The position numbers and the translations under genes were made by a program. This document shows, piece after piece, positions 26,694 through 40,828 of a DNA stretch of 64,000 bases (position 1 is the first letter of the stretch; every line of letters starts with the position of its first letter). The notes beneath the pieces were generated by a model, which saw nothing but the letters and a program-made list of their open reading frames with translations, was not told the origin of the DNA and ran no database searches. The DNA is from Octopus vulgaris (taxonomy: Eukaryota): assembly GCA_951406725.2 (NCBI GenBank), contig OX597831.1:38564001-38628000 (forward strand). The letters run 5' to 3'.

Positions 26694-26695
<2 letters not shown>
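26425..26695 (-). mobile_element. PLE-like pseudo-LTR fragment homologous to 61600-61930, with 3' half of an HHR
   Basis: Shared blocks cct(a/t)acgtagatt, gtgaacgtgct, aaactt(t/c)aatttta; GAAAG-GATC-GTA remnant truncated by (GA)n. Confidence 0.5.
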
Positions 26696-26734
<39 letters not shown>

Positions 26735-26949
26735 GTGAGAAGTTATACAATGAATTAGATTGCAACCGACAATGCACAAAATCCTTGAGCGAAAACCGAG
26801 TGTTGTTGTTTCCATCCTTCATGGAACACTACTTTGTAGCACCTTTTACCAGATATCAGGATGTGACGCAAGATGTGACGAAACGACCGCTGTGATAAAC
26901 AAGGATTCCAGTACATTCTACCTTCCGTATCCATTATACACACACACAT

Positions 26950-26980
<31 letters not shown>

Positions 26981-27039
26981 CGTATATATATATATATATA
27001 TACATATATATATGGATCTGTTTATATACACATACATGC

Positions 27040-27070
<31 letters not shown>

Positions 27071-27087
27071 AATATATATATATACTG

Positions 27088-27330
27088 TTTGTCTGGGGAG
27101 AGACATTTTAATTTTGTGCCTTATAATGTAACACACTCACCGGTAAAATTTCCACTTATTTCTTATCTTTATTTTCCTAAAATTTTATTTGCGTCTTGAG
27201 GAAAATAAAAATAAGAAATAAGTGGAAATTTTACCGGTGAGTGTGTTACATTATTAGGCACAAAAAGAAAATGACTCTCCCCAGACACACGAACTCATAT
27301 AAAGAATCTCGCAAACCAAATCCCAAAACG

Positions 27331-27335
<5 letters not shown>
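27088..27335. repeat. Fold-back element in (TA)n (inverted arms of ~90 bp plus extension)
   Basis: 27088-27177 is the reverse complement of 27199-27290; same family as 25730-25870. Confidence 0.85.
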
Positions 27336-27394
<59 letters not shown>

Positions 27395-30300
27395 CTGTAT
27401 GTATATGTGAATGTGTATGTGGAAATATGTATGTATCGATATATGTATGTATGTGTGTAAGTATATGTACGTTCACACGTACTTATATTCACTACGTATA
27501 ATTCCATCAATTTCCACTTGCAATATATTGTTAACCATTGTAAAATATTAGGCGACTGTATTTCAGCCACTTTGCTTTGAAATCGAAACCATTTTTACGT
27601 GGTAGCAAATAGATTGTTTTTTAAGCTCACGACTATTCAATAATATTTACTATAATTACGTTCTGCAATGGGATGCGCTCCTCCAAATATCGAGATTACT
27701 GTGTCTCTATGAATCAAGCATCAAGTGTTATTAAATGCGTTCATTCTGACCTTTGACATATCGGTCAGTTGTAGCCCCATCTTAAACTTGTTGAGGAAGT
27801 AATTGTTTGACTTCTCTCTGTTGTATATTTGGTGGAATCTATTGAGCCGAAGCATGTGCTTAAACACAGTTTATTCAATAACCAGTGGTGGCGGTGGAGA
27901 TTTTTGAATGAAAATTTCCTATATTGGTTATGACCCGATCTGTTTAAGTGTATTTTAACATGATATACTGATCTCCATGGCATGAGCAATGATGTTGAAA
28001 TTATATGTGATATAGATGTGAGAGGAGGGTGAGAGGAGAGCAAGGTGAATAGAACGTTCCCAATTTTTTTCTTCTACTCCTTCCTTTCAACACCCACACA
28101 GCTAAGCAGTAGTTTTGATATTATAACATATCTATTGATTTCGTTCCTTAGAATACGATGAATACTGCAAGTACATCATATATATAGAGTCAGTTATATA
28201 TAAACTGGAATTCTTTTATTAGGTGAACAGATGAATAGATTCAAGATATTTTATCGTACCATCAATCTGATAGGAAAACCTACGCATTAAAAAAGGAAGC
28301 GCACATACACATTCACACAACTACTCTTGGCCAAAATTCTAAGCTACTAAAAGTATTGCTGCTCCTCTAAACTTGTTATATTCTTCTCATTCACGCTTGA
28401 ATTTTCATATGATACAGTTGCTCTTATATTCTCATCAACGTTACACTAGCACGCCTCTATTATTTCCTCTTCGCCAACTTAGTATCACGTTTTATAAGCG
28501 TAACAGCTAGCCTAATCATTTTCTTCCGCTGAAGTATATACTTCAGGATATTCCTTAATATCCAAGTATTCTCATTGTATTTGTTTTCCTAATTATAAAT
28601 CAGCAAGAATTCATATAAAACAGGAAACAACACTATCTCCCAACTACCCCCAGTCATTCCTACACTATCAGACATCCTAATCATGAAGACTACAAGAATT
28701 CACCAATATGACTAAAAAATACATTCCCTTTCTTTTAAATTTATATAAAGAATAAGATCCAAATACCGTTAAAAGAATTTCCACACGTTCGTTAGTAGAA
28801 GCTCATATGCATTAACTTTTAACTTTATTTTCTTTTGCTTTTTATTTGTTTCGGACATTAGAGTGCGGCCATGCTGGGGTACCACCAGAGGAATTTTAGT
28901 GCATATCTTCGTTAAGCCTGTCATTTATCTTATCGACCTACTATTTACCCATCGGTCTTTCTTGTCGAACCGCTAGGGTCCGGGAAGGTAAAGACACCAA
29001 CAATTGATATTTTTTCAACCCTCATCAGATGCCCTTCTTAAACGAACCCAATATCTTTTATCAACTGAAATGACATTTTAACCACTACACCGTTTTTCCG
29101 AAGAGCAGAAGTGATGTTATTTTAAGACACTTTATAACTAGACTTCGGAATTTCTGTCTATGCACTTTTGGGTGTGAGCTCTGCCCCAAAAGTATTCTTA
29201 CTATAATGCTTCATATAGTCTGAGGAAATAGAAGAGTACCTGAAACGGTCCGACTTGTGCAATTACGCAGTCATAGGATTCCAGCCGTTGTCAATCTGGC
29301 ATTTTGTTTCTCTCCGAAGTGTGCCCTGGATGATATAATCCAATGTGCATATACTTTTATTAAAATCGTATAATCTGAATTAGAACCCGTTCGTTGTTTG
29401 CTGAGTGGAATCTTCCCTAGAATATAAATGTGTGTGTGTGTGTCTTAGAAAATAAAAAGAAATGACTTGAGAACTTTGTCATGGACATCAAAAAAGCAAA
29501 ATATTTGACATTTTTATCAAAATGCGCAATCGGTTTCAAACATTTTTAATACGATATAGTCATGCTGTCAAAGAAGTTGAAACAGATTGAAGAGAAAACC
29601 GATTAAATAAATCTTTTATGCCATCATTTCTGACAGTTCACAAGGTTTTTCTTACAAAATTCATCTAGTATTGTTACTTGGTTTCTTTGTTGTTTACGTT
29701 AACTTTCTCGGCACGAACTTCTACGTGGGTATTCGACATGCAACACATAGTAGCCATATTTCGCTCAAATCGCACACCATACCGTCTCAGCATGATAATC
29801 TATGATAATCCGCCTCCGAAAACATTATATTTTAACAACAAAAAGCAAATAACTAATGCCTGGAATATAACTGATTATAGACCTACTCGGTTAGAGTCAA
29901 ACTTGATTATACTCAGATAGGTTACAGCAACGATTTGGGGGTTCTCAATTGTGTATTTCGGTTAAATACATGCAGAAATTTACATTTTATAATGTTTACT
30001 CAAAGAAATATCTTTAGGAGTAAAAAAAAAGTTCAAATTCAAACATATTTACTGCTGAATTGCTGAGGAAAGTGTCAATGTGCTCCGCACATGCAGTAGT
30101 GGTTATTTTTTTCTTGTTTATTTCATAATCAGAATTTCGTTTTTGTTTTTATATTTCTTTAGCAATTGCCGCTATGTTATTTTATTTAATTTTGATTTTC
30201 GTTGAGGCGGGGATATAAAAATATATTTCATTTCTTCCTCCTCGCAAAAAAGGAAAAAAAGAACAAGTATAAAAGCTATTTATTTTCGAAATTCAAAATA

Positions 30301-31521
30301 TTTTGAATTAATGCTCTTTGAAAGTTTTTAATTCTTTTTATTAGTTTTTTTTTTCTGTATTTTTTCAAAGAGTTGCTCTTTGAAATTTACACAGACTTTC
30401 AAAAAAAAATTATTTTATTTATTTACTTATTTCTTTTTATTTGCTCCATATAATTTTTATACTAAGATGAATAGTTGCGGAATTAAAGTAATAATTTATT
30501 TTAATGCCAAAAAGAAATGCAGGGAAATAAAATATATGAATAAATAAAGTGATCAATTATACTTTAGCCAAAGGTAAAACATACCCTCTAAAAGATGTGA
30601 CTTTTAAAATGATTTGATACAGGGAGTTTTCTTTCAGCTTTTTATTTGATTTTTTTAAAGTACTTTTTTACAGGAAGTAAATAGTAACATAGTATTTTTA
30701 TATACTGGAAGGAAAATATTTAAAATGGAAAATAAACGCTGTAAAGTCTAGGAAAGGTTTAATGTTATTGAGTATTGCACTGTTTGAATATGAGAGAGCA
30801 AGAATACATCATGATACTTCTCAAAGAAATCACTTAAAAATTATACAACCTTGATTGTAATATCACCCAAAAACACGCGCGCGAGCACACACATATATAC
30901 ATACTTAAGCTTGGTGAACGTTGCTATAAAACAAAGGAATTTATGAATATGAAGGCATCTTATACTGTACTAGATACATATTTCTTTTGTTTTATAATTC
31001 AACTAAGTCATTTTGATTATGTATGAGTGTGTATTCCTTTAAGGAATTTGTCTATATTCTAGAACCCAAGATTTGATGTCCATACATGCCAACAACTGTT
31101 AGACTCGTATCAAAATCATAACTTTCAAAACGCTATGATATCCCTGATAATACAATATGTGTAGGCCAGCAATATAGTATTTGCAAAAATTAATATTTAA
31201 TCTCAAGTCAAATAATCATCCATGGAAGGTAGTTTTGGCCGTAGCGTTTTTATTATTCATTCATTTATTTTCTTGTTATTTTGTCAATAAATATATTCAA
31301 TTTTAATTTGAAATGCGGAAGTAAAGTAGCTTTTAGATTTGTTAAAAACCAATGTAATAAAATGCAAAATGGAAAAAAAAAAATTTAAATATGAAATAAA
31401 AGGAAAAATTTGTATGCGATTTAGTTCTAAAGGAATTCCATTGTGATAATTATTCCACTTCTGGCCTAATACTTATTCATTTATCCACGGACTTAGAAAG
31501 GTTACGGCGTGCATACACTTG

Positions 31522-31872
31522 GATGGATGGGGAAGCACTCCGTCGGTTACGACGACGAGGGTTCCGGTTGATCCGAATCAACGGAACAGCCTGCACGTGT
31601 ACCCTTAACGTAGTTCTCGGGCATATTTAGCGTGACACAGAGAGTGACAAGGCCGGCGCTTTGAAATACAGGTACAACAGAAACAGGAAATAAGAGTGAG
31701 AGAAAGTTGTGGTGAAAGAGTACAGCAGGGATCACCACCATCCCCTGCCGGAGCCTCGTGGAACTTTTAGATGTTTTCGCTCAATAAACACTCACAACGC
31801 CCGGTCTGGGAATCGAAACCGCGATCCTATGACCGCGAGTCCGCTGCCCTAACCACTGGGCCATTGCGCCTC
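31522..31872 (-). mobile_element. SINE family C, full length
   Basis: Head aggcgcaatggcccagtggttagggcagcggactcgcggtc...gtttcgattcccagaccggg with A/B-box-like motifs. Confidence 0.9.
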
Positions 31873-33920
31873 CACATACACTTGGATACGTGTGTGTGTG
31901 TGTGTGTGCATACATACATACATACATTGATCGAAATGTAGAGTAAATGCACAACGTTACCTATTTTCATGCCCCGTTCTACCGTGTGGATTAGGATTCT
32001 TAGCTGCGCTGTACATCTTTTTCGTAGACTGCTATCAATATTCTGCACTTACAAATAATACCTTGAGTTCTAGAATATTGCCTTAAATTTCATTAATATA
32101 CTTTCTCTGTCACTCATTCTTTACTTATGTAATGTAATTATTTGTTGTGAGTATTTATTTATTTTTGTAATGGCATTCTAATATTCACAAAATGTCATAT
32201 TAATGTCATATTATGTCTTTCTAGTATTCATAAAAGTGTTCTTGAATGAGAAGACGTACCTAGAAAGGGTTATTTATCTCATGTTGCTGAAAATGGGAAA
32301 CTTGCTGTACGGAATCGTTTTCTTCTTCTGAGTCGTAATTGAGAATATCTATGATCAGAACCTTCCATCTATGAATATTCTGTAATCTCTCGCAGCAGCA
32401 CTCTGTTCGACTTGGTAAAAACAGAAACGACGTTTCTTTCAAATCACACTGTAGTGCCAAAGAAATGTTTAGACACATTATTGAATGTAAGCGTAGATCC
32501 TGAACGCTTTCTGTTTATATACCGTACATGTATATGTTTGTGAGCCACTATGAGTGCATGAGAGTGTGTTTGTGTGTATGTAGCTAATGCAAAATGTATT
32601 TGTTCAATCCATTTCCTTCCAGTTGCTTCTGAGTCTTGTGTAATCCTCGAGTGCTTTAGGCCTTTTTAAATCGGTCAGCTCTACCAATTTATACCACCTA
32701 AATCAAAACAATTTATCTGAACTATCAAAGAAAAAAACATGACAAAGAGAGATTTAACACTTGTACCTATTGATAGTTTACTGCCTTAGCAATTCAGAAG
32801 TATATGTGATTTATATAACTAAATCTGGTAAAAAAACGAAGACAACTAAGATAGGGAAACTGTCGCCGGAGTGAAAAGTTTATGGCATTCGTATATTTTA
32901 TAGGAAGGTATTGCGACACTACTTTCACAACTCTTTTTTGCTTGTTTCGATTGTATGTTTACTGGAAAAACGTAGACACGGAGGGAATTTTCAGAAATTT
33001 TATGCTACAAAGATCTGAGCGTAGTTATAAACAAGCTGCTTCATCGCTGAAGAGAAGAGAGGAAGAGAAGTTATTCTCCTAATAACAATCGAAGATCCTA
33101 ATGTAAGTAGCATTAAAAACCCCCAAAATTAATTACACCTTACTATATTTAAAAGCCTGAGAAATACACGAATAATCCTAGATTATTAAAGAAAAAGACA
33201 AGATGAAACACCTTTCATCGTAAATCAGTTTGGTCAGGGTTGACGTAAAGCTAAGCAGCAACGATAACAATAACATCAACAACAATGCTGGTGCCTTTGT
33301 GATCTGTTAAGTTTGGGAAATGATACGCATCTCCTTTATACAATAAATAATGCCAATATATTCAACGATATTTGATTAATAACATATGTACAATAGGTTG
33401 GTCTTTGGTAAATTAAGAACCGGTTTCCGACCCACAATCGAGTTTGTTTCACATTTGATGTATAGAGATCAATATATATATTTGATACGTGTAGATCAAG
33501 GGTTAGTTTTGAACATATGATTGTTTGTCGCCATTCTATGAATTTGTCAATTGAAATATGACACAAGGTTACATAATCAAACAGATGCAATTTTGACTGA
33601 GTACCAAAGAATCACTCGTTCCTGAACATTCTACGAAGTTTGATACACTAATACGTTTCCACATCCCATCCCTCACTCTCTTTATCCTCTCTCTCACTAT
33701 CGTTCTCTCTTAGTATTTTTCTCTCTCTCTCTCTCCACCCCACCTCTCTCTCTCTCTCTCTGAAATCACACCCGACCTACATAATAAATGAAGTTGTAGA
33801 AATAAGACTGATTGGACACCTTTGATCGCAGATCAGCTCCATCAGGATTGTTCTCACACTAAACAACGACTTCAATTACTACGACACAGTGGCTGGTCTT
33901 GTGATCGACTGAGTTGGGGA

Positions 33921-33985
<65 letters not shown>

Positions 33986-34240
33986 TATATATATATATTC
34001 TTTCTTACGAAATATATAGAAGAGCTTGAGAAGGACTCGGGTGGAATCCGTAACAAAGGACAAGAATTAAAATAAATGCTCAAATTAGGCAATCAACTAT
34101 TTTTTTAATATACTCATACGTAGTCATAATCTCAAATTTAAATACATAGATATAAATATTAATACATATCTATCGAGATACAAAATATATATGAATATTT
34201 TTTAATATATAAATACATACAAATATATATTTTAAAATTA

Positions 34241-34371
34241 TATGAAAATAGAACATGCGTGGGATGTATATGGAAAAAAGTGAGGAAAAGACTGGTAGTA
34301 TTAAAAAAAATTTACGAGTTCTCTTTTCCTCCCTTTCACCATATAAATCCCACGTATTTTCTATTTACATA
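34241..34371. repeat. Imperfect inverted repeat, arms of ~50 bp
   Basis: atgaaaatagaacatgcgtgggatgtatatgg...gaggaaaaga pairs with tcttttcctc...ccatataaatcccacgtattttctatttacat. Confidence 0.8.
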
Positions 34372-34384
34372 TCTCTATATATAT

Positions 34385-35095
34385 ATAAATGAAAAATAGG
34401 ATAAAATCTTTAAAGAATTTATCAAGTAGTTAGCGTGAAAAACCTCATAAGGGAAAAATCTATCAATTACCTCGTAACTCTTTACTCTTTACTCTTTTAC
34501 TTGTTTCAGTCATTTGACTGCGGCCATGCTGAAGCACCGCCTTTAGTCGAGCAAATCGACCCCGGGACTTATTCTTTGTAAGCCCAGTACTTATTCTATC
34601 GGTCTCTTTTGCCGAACCGCTAAGTGACGGGGACGTAAACACACCAGCATCGGTTGTCAAGCAATGCTAGGGGGACAAACACAGACACACAAACATATAC
34701 ACACACACTTATATATATATACATATATACGACAGGCTTTTTTCAGTTTCTGTCTACCAAATCCACTTACAAGGCTTTGGTCGGCCCGGGGCTATAGCAG
34801 AAGACACTTGCCAAAGATGCCACGCAAGCTACTTACCACACAGTCACTCTTGCGCCTATATATTTACTTATATGAAGGGCATTACTATACATAAACGCTT
34901 TACGCTACGAGGGACTCTTAAAGTCAACACTACCATATTAAATAAACACATTTTACTGAAATCGAGGGAATGCAACTCTCAAAGCAAGCATTTTAAAAAT
35001 AGAATTCAGCTGTATATCATATGATTTCATAATTACTGCACAAAATGCACTTTTTAATCTTCAGTGCAAGGTTAATTCATGATACATAAAGATAC
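34385..35095 (-). mobile_element. Diverged relative of the 24299-25222 repeat, interrupted by a family B SINE; HHR relic at 35010-35069
   Basis: Shared aggataaaatctt...gtagttagcgtgaaaaacctcataag and gggcattactatacata blocks; TTGCA-CTGAAGA...GAAATCATATGATA-TACAG. Confidence 0.7.
34476..34858 (-). mobile_element. SINE family B
   Basis: Near-identical to 11905-12351, with a small head deletion. Confidence 0.9.
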
Positions 35096-35108
35096 ATGTA
35101 TAATATGA

Positions 35109-35155
<47 letters not shown>

Positions 35156-35364
35156 TACACACACATACACACACACACATACACACACACACATACACAC
35201 ACACACACACACATACACACACACACATACACACACACACACACATACACATACACACATGTTTTCTCTGTCTCACTTCCTCCTCACCCTCTTATACTGT
35301 CTTATTTCTCCCCACTACTACGAAACTCTATAAAATGTTCAAATTCCCCACAAAGGAATTGATT

Positions 35365-35405
35365 TTATTTGAAAACCCCACTGGATTGGGAGAAAGCGCT
35401 AATAA
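35365..35405 (+). ncRNA. Minimal HHR motif, U3-A8 covariant
   Basis: TTAT-TTGAAAA-C-CCCA-CTGGAT-TGGG-A-GAAAG-CG-CTA-ATAA; palindromic AGCGCT helix III. Confidence 0.7.
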
Positions 35406-35519
35406 TCCGAATGATATGATAGAGATATATATGTAAAAAATGTAATATATAAATAAATATCTATAAATATGAACCATCCGATCTGATTACCTCATTTTTT
35501 CTAATATATATATATATAT

Positions 35520-35684
35520 TGTTGTTGTTGTTGTTGTTGTTGTTGTAGTATTAAAGTTGTTGTGATAGCTATTGTTTTAAGACATATTAAAAAAAAAATA
35601 CTGGGACCGGAAAAGATAATAGCATTGTTTATAATATGTGTGTATATACATAATACATACAAATATGTGTGCGTGCGTGTGTAT

Positions 35685-35725
<41 letters not shown>

Positions 35726-36445
35726 TGTGTGTGAGTGTGTGTGTATGGCAGGTAGGTTAATATATAAATGTATACACACACATACACATAATGTGTATGT
35801 ATGTACGTATGTATGTTATGTATGTGTATAACCGACCAACCAACCACCTATCCAACCGACCAACCAAACAACAAGCTGACACTCCGACCAACCACCCTAA
35901 CCGACCAACCAGCCAGCCGACCCACCGACCAACCAGCCAACGATTCAACCATACAACCAGCCTGCGAACCAATCAACCAACCAGCCAACCAGCCAACTGA
36001 CCCACCAACCAACTATTGGCTGTTATTTTTATATAAAGCTCACTGAATAAAAGATGGGTTGGTCACGAGGGGTACTACTTTACCTTCCCCGCTTTTTACT
36101 GTTTTATTTAATTATCAGTATTTATTATTGTTTATTACTGCTTTATATATTTATACACTTTTACATTGTTTAAGCTGTTGTTGTTGTACTATTAAGGTTG
36201 TTGTGGTAGTTATTGTTTTAAGACATATTTTTAAAAAAATACTGGGACCGAAAAAGATAATAGGATTGTATATAATATGTATGTACATAATACATGCATA
36301 TATATGTGCGTGCGTCTGTATATACATACATATATATATGCGTGTGTGTGTGTGTGTGTAGGTAGGTAGGTAGGTAGGTAGGTAGCTTAATATATAAATG
36401 TATACACACACATACACATAATGTGTATGTGTGTACGTATGTATA
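35520..36445. repeat. ~290-bp direct duplication (35520-35815 / 36176-36445) separated by a (CCAA)n-like tract
   Basis: ttgttttaagacatatt...aaaatactgggaccg.aaaagataatag shared, and the microsatellite order is conserved. Confidence 0.85.
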
Positions 36446-36650
36446 CATGTATGTATATATTTATGTGTGTATATCTTTGTGTTTGGGTTTGTCTCTCAAG
36501 ACAGCTTGACAACCGGCGTTCACGTCCCCGTAACTTTGTGGTGCGGCAAACAGAGTCCCATAGAATGAGTAACAGACTTTAAAACAAGTACTGGGATCGA
36601 TATATTCAATTAAACAATTCAAGGCGGTGCTCCAGCATGACCACAGTACA

Positions 36651-36682
<32 letters not shown>

Positions 36683-36729
36683 GTATATGTATACATACAC
36701 ACACGCACACGCCCACGCGCCCACGCACT

Positions 36730-36769
<40 letters not shown>

Positions 36770-36883
36770 CATACACATATACGAGACCAAAAGAATAAAG
36801 TGCTAAACTTTATAAAAGCAAATACTGAAATTTAAAAAAATGAGAAAAATATAAGGATAATAAAATATATATAAATTTCCTAT

Positions 36884-37039
36884 ATGGCTGTGTGGTAAGT
36901 AGCTTGCTAACCAACCAGATGTTTCCGGGTTCAGTTCCACTGCGTGTCAGCTTGGGTAAGTGTCTTCTGCTATAGCCTCGGGCCGACCAAAGCCTTGTGA
37001 GTGGATTTGGTAGACGGAAACTGAAAGAAGCCTGTCGTA

Positions 37040-37080
<41 letters not shown>

Positions 37081-37290
37081 GTTTGTGTGTCTGTGTTTGT
37101 CCCTCTAGCATTGCTTAACAACCGATGCTGGTGTGTTTACGTCCCCGTCACTTAGCGGTTCGGCAAAAGAGACCGATAGAATAAGTACTGGGCTTACAAA
37201 GAATAAGTCCTGGGGTGGATTTGCTCGACGAAATCGATGCTCCAGCATTCCCGCAGTCAAATGACTGAAACAAGTAAAAGAGTAAAAGAG
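36884..37290 (+). mobile_element. SINE family B
   Basis: tggctgtgtggtaagtagcttg head to (gtaaaaga)n tail; a 3' half copy lies at 36470-36648. Confidence 0.9.
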
Positions 37291-37496
37291 TATACATACA
37301 TACACACATACATGCATACACACACATATCTACATAGAGACATACATACATATATACATACATACATGCATATATGCATTCAGACATACCTATATACATT
37401 CATGCGTGAATGCATACATACACACACACACACACAGACATACATGCATATATCCATACATACTTACATGCACACATACATGATATTTCAATAGAT

Positions 37497-37990
37497 ATGG
37501 CGGAGAGATGACAGAATCGGTAGCACGCCGGATAAAATGCTTAGCGGCATTTCATCCGTCATTACGTTCTGAGTTCAAATTTCGCCGAGGTCGAATTTGT
37601 CTTTCATACTTTCGGGGTCGATAAAATAAGTACGCGTCAAACAGTGGTGTCGATATAATCGACTGGACCGCCTTCTCCAAAATTGCAGGCCTTGTGTCTA
37701 TAATGGAAAGAACTATTATATATAACGGCTTAAGGCAGCGAGATGGCTGAAGCGTTAGCACGCCGGGGAAAATGCTTGGCGTTATTTCGTCCGTCGTTTC
37801 GCTCTGAGTTCAAATTCTATCGAGGTTGACTGTCATCCTTTGAGGGTTAATAAAACAAATACTAGTCGAGTATTTCAGGGGACAGAAAGGGTTGTTGTAC
37901 ATAACAGCACAAGACGGCGGGCTGGCAGAGTCGTTAGCATGCGGAACAAAATGTTTGGCAACATTTCCTTCATCTGTACGTTCTGATCAA
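37497..37990 (+). mobile_element. Three head-to-tail older SINE family A copies
   Basis: Repeated ggcgg.gag.tggcagaa.cgttagca heads. Confidence 0.8.
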
Positions 37991-38324
37991 ATCCTACTTT
38001 CTTTCGATTCACAGTCGCTGATAGGCTTGTTGGGTTGGGATGCCTTGTGAAACACAGCGTATCTTGGATATTTTAAACATGGCGGATCTCAGCCCTTAAA
38101 AAAAAGTCGATTGCCTAATTTGAGCATCTATTTTAATTCATATATATATATAAATATATATACATGTCGCTATCACATATGTCTCTATCTCTCTGTTAAT
38201 ATAAATACATACATACATATATACATATATATTTGTTTTCTGTCTCTAATATATTTTCTCTCCTTGCTTATTTCTGTATTCCACACAAATTTTTTGAGAA
38301 CGGGCCCAATATATTAGTTCTGAT

Positions 38325-38820
38325 ATTTAATTTATCGATCCCGAAAGGATGAAAGGCCAAATCGACCTCAGTAGAATTTGAACTCAAAACGTAAAGACAG
38401 ACGAAATACCTGTTTCTTTACTACCCACAATGGGCTAAACACAAAAGGACAAGCTAGGGCAGACAAACGGATTAAGTCGATTACATCGACCCCAGTACGT
38501 AACTGGTACTTATTTAATCGACCCCGAAAGGATGAAAGACAAAGTCGACCTCGGCGGAATTTGAAGTCAGAACGTAGCGGCAGACGAAATACCTATTTCT
38601 TTTACTACCCACACGGGGCTAAGCACAGAGAGGACACACAAGGACAGACAAACGGATTAAGTCGATTACATCGACCGCAGTACGTAACTGGTACTTATTT
38701 AATCGACCCCGAAAGGTTGAAAGGCAAAGTCGACCTCGGCGGAATTTGAACTCGGAACGTAACGGCAGACGAAATACCGCTAAGCATTTCGCCCGACGTG
38801 CTAACGTTTCTGCTAGCTGG
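38325..38820 (-). mobile_element. SINE family A trimer (units of 183-185 bp)
   Basis: cagacgaaata recurs at 38398, 38581 and 38766. Confidence 0.9.
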
Positions 38821-39415
38821 CTGCGTTAACTTGAAAGAATATTTTCAAATGTAAACCGATTTAGCCACAGACACATACAGACGTTTACCTATGCATGTGC
38901 ATGCATGCGCCATCACACACACACACACACAAATACACAAGAATGCATACATGCATATAAGGTACTCACATGATCACTCGGTTTCACTTTCATTCTCTTC
39001 TCGGCTGCCGTATTCTCGCGTGTCTATAATAAGCACATGTTATCGTGCACCAACATATGGATAAGTAGGAAATCCATCATAATATATAATCTAACTTAAA
39101 TTGTCATTTTTGCTGTTATCGTTATTCGGCTACAAGTCAGCTCTTATTCTCCAGAAAAATCTATAATCAAAGGTATTGCAAGTACCACCATTCAACAAAG
39201 ATGCTTCGCTTGTGCGATGTGTGAGTGTGTCTGTTTTCGTGTTATTAAATCCCCCTCGAGATATTTGGCGTGTAAATCATTGCGCAGCTTTGTCTAGTTT
39301 TTTTCATACAATGTACTTGGCACGCTGCGAAAATATATTTCCACTTTACGCGACTTAATCGTGTGTGAATGTGTATGAGCCTATACATACATACATACAT
39401 ACATACATACATACA

Positions 39416-39452
<37 letters not shown>

Positions 39453-39849
39453 ATATAATGTATACAAACCCACTCACAAACACACATCTATATATATATA
39501 TATATATATATACACACAAATATAACAAATATATATATATATATTAAGAACAATCTTACTTAGAAATGGATGCGTGCGTTCCGTCATATAATAAATTAAT
39601 AAATAAATAAAACATATGCATATATACATATATATATGTATGTACCTACCTCTACATGCACATATGAGTACAGGACACCAAAAAAAAAACGTCGAACACA
39701 ATGAGAAACGAAAACATAAACACAAAACCAAGGAAATAGACATGTTTCTTAAACAACAAAAAAATAGAGTAGAGGACATACTAAACAAGGAAAATTCCCC
39801 TTCTTCAGTCGCCTTTGTTTCATCTGACCTTCGGAACGTGAAGACTTGC

Positions 39850-40119
39850 TCCTCATTCCGTAGAAGAAAAAAATCAAATCAGAGCATGTTAAGACCAAAA
39901 GTTATTTACATCAAAAAGGTGCTTTTTTTTCTATGAAAATCCCTATTTTTTACGATTTTTTTACTGCTGTGTGGCCATTTTTCGTTGTATTTCAACCAGA
40001 AAACTGTTCACTTATAGAGAATAACAAGCTACATGATGCAAAATTTTTACTTTTCAAAAATTTCAATTCGAAAGGTTCGTAAAGAAAACAAACCCGAGCA
40101 ACGCCGGGCTATACTGCTA

Positions 40120-40120
<1 letters not shown>
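39850..40120 (+). mobile_element. Non-autonomous Helitron 3' end
   Basis: Subterminal hairpin CCCG-agcaacgc-CGGG (40093-40108), 8 nt upstream of terminal CTAG (40117-40120) followed by T. Confidence 0.7.
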
Positions 40121-40154
<34 letters not shown>

Positions 40155-40557
40155 ACCACCAATTCTTTTCACTACTTTAAGGCTTAACTACACCCCGACA
40201 TCTGCTTCATTTCTTGCCATCCTCTCCTCCAGATTCCTGACTTTCTCAATTCACTATTCTTTGTCATTTTCCTTAGATTTTGTATGCAAACATACAGAGA
40301 AAACCATCCCATTTCATCTCAATAATATTCACTCATGAATCGCCCTTCCTTCCTCTTTCCCACTACCACACTGTTTACATCCGCCTCTTCTTATCTCTCT
40401 CTCTCTCTCGCTCTTTCTCTCTCTCCTTGTCCTCTCATCTCCACTCTCGATCGCCCTACCCTCAACTTACATATTCATCCTCCAAACTTAGCCGGCGATT
40501 TACTACTCGGATCATATATATAGAAATATTGCCATCAAATGTTTCATATTTAGAAAT

Positions 40558-40636
40558 GTTTTGATTAAGGTAGCTCTTTCGGAATGGATAAATTTCCTAT
40601 AACATATTAGGTGTACCTGAAATGTACGTATTAAAC
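40558..40636 (+). ncRNA. Decayed HHR motif (probably A3-U8 type)
   Basis: TTGATTA-AGGTA...TACCT-GAAAT-GTAC-GTA-TTAAAC. Confidence 0.5.
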
Positions 40637-40684
40637 GGTTTCAAAATATCGCTATTTGGTTGTACTTTATTCTTACAACCGATA

Positions 40685-40726
<42 letters not shown>

Positions 40727-40828
40727 ATATACATACATATATATATATATATATATATGCATATACATACATACATATATGTGTGTGCGTGTGTGTGTGT
40801 GTGTGTGTGTATGTGTGTGTGTGTGTGT

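Noticed and set aside
29217-29255. CTGAGGA...GAAACGGTC motif
   Set aside because: Helix I and II registers are inconsistent with the core; at best a heavily decayed HHR.
32260-32449. Minus-strand segment with acceptor and ag|gtacgt donor
   Set aside because: All frames are stopped at or before the donor; at most a non-coding exon.
34035-34063. GGACTC/GAATCC stem followed by GTAAC
   Set aside because: Both core strands are defective.
38325-38820. Regularly spaced repeats resembling a CRISPR array
   Set aside because: The whole 183-bp unit repeats with no unique spacers, it is eukaryotic SINE sequence, and no cas genes are present.
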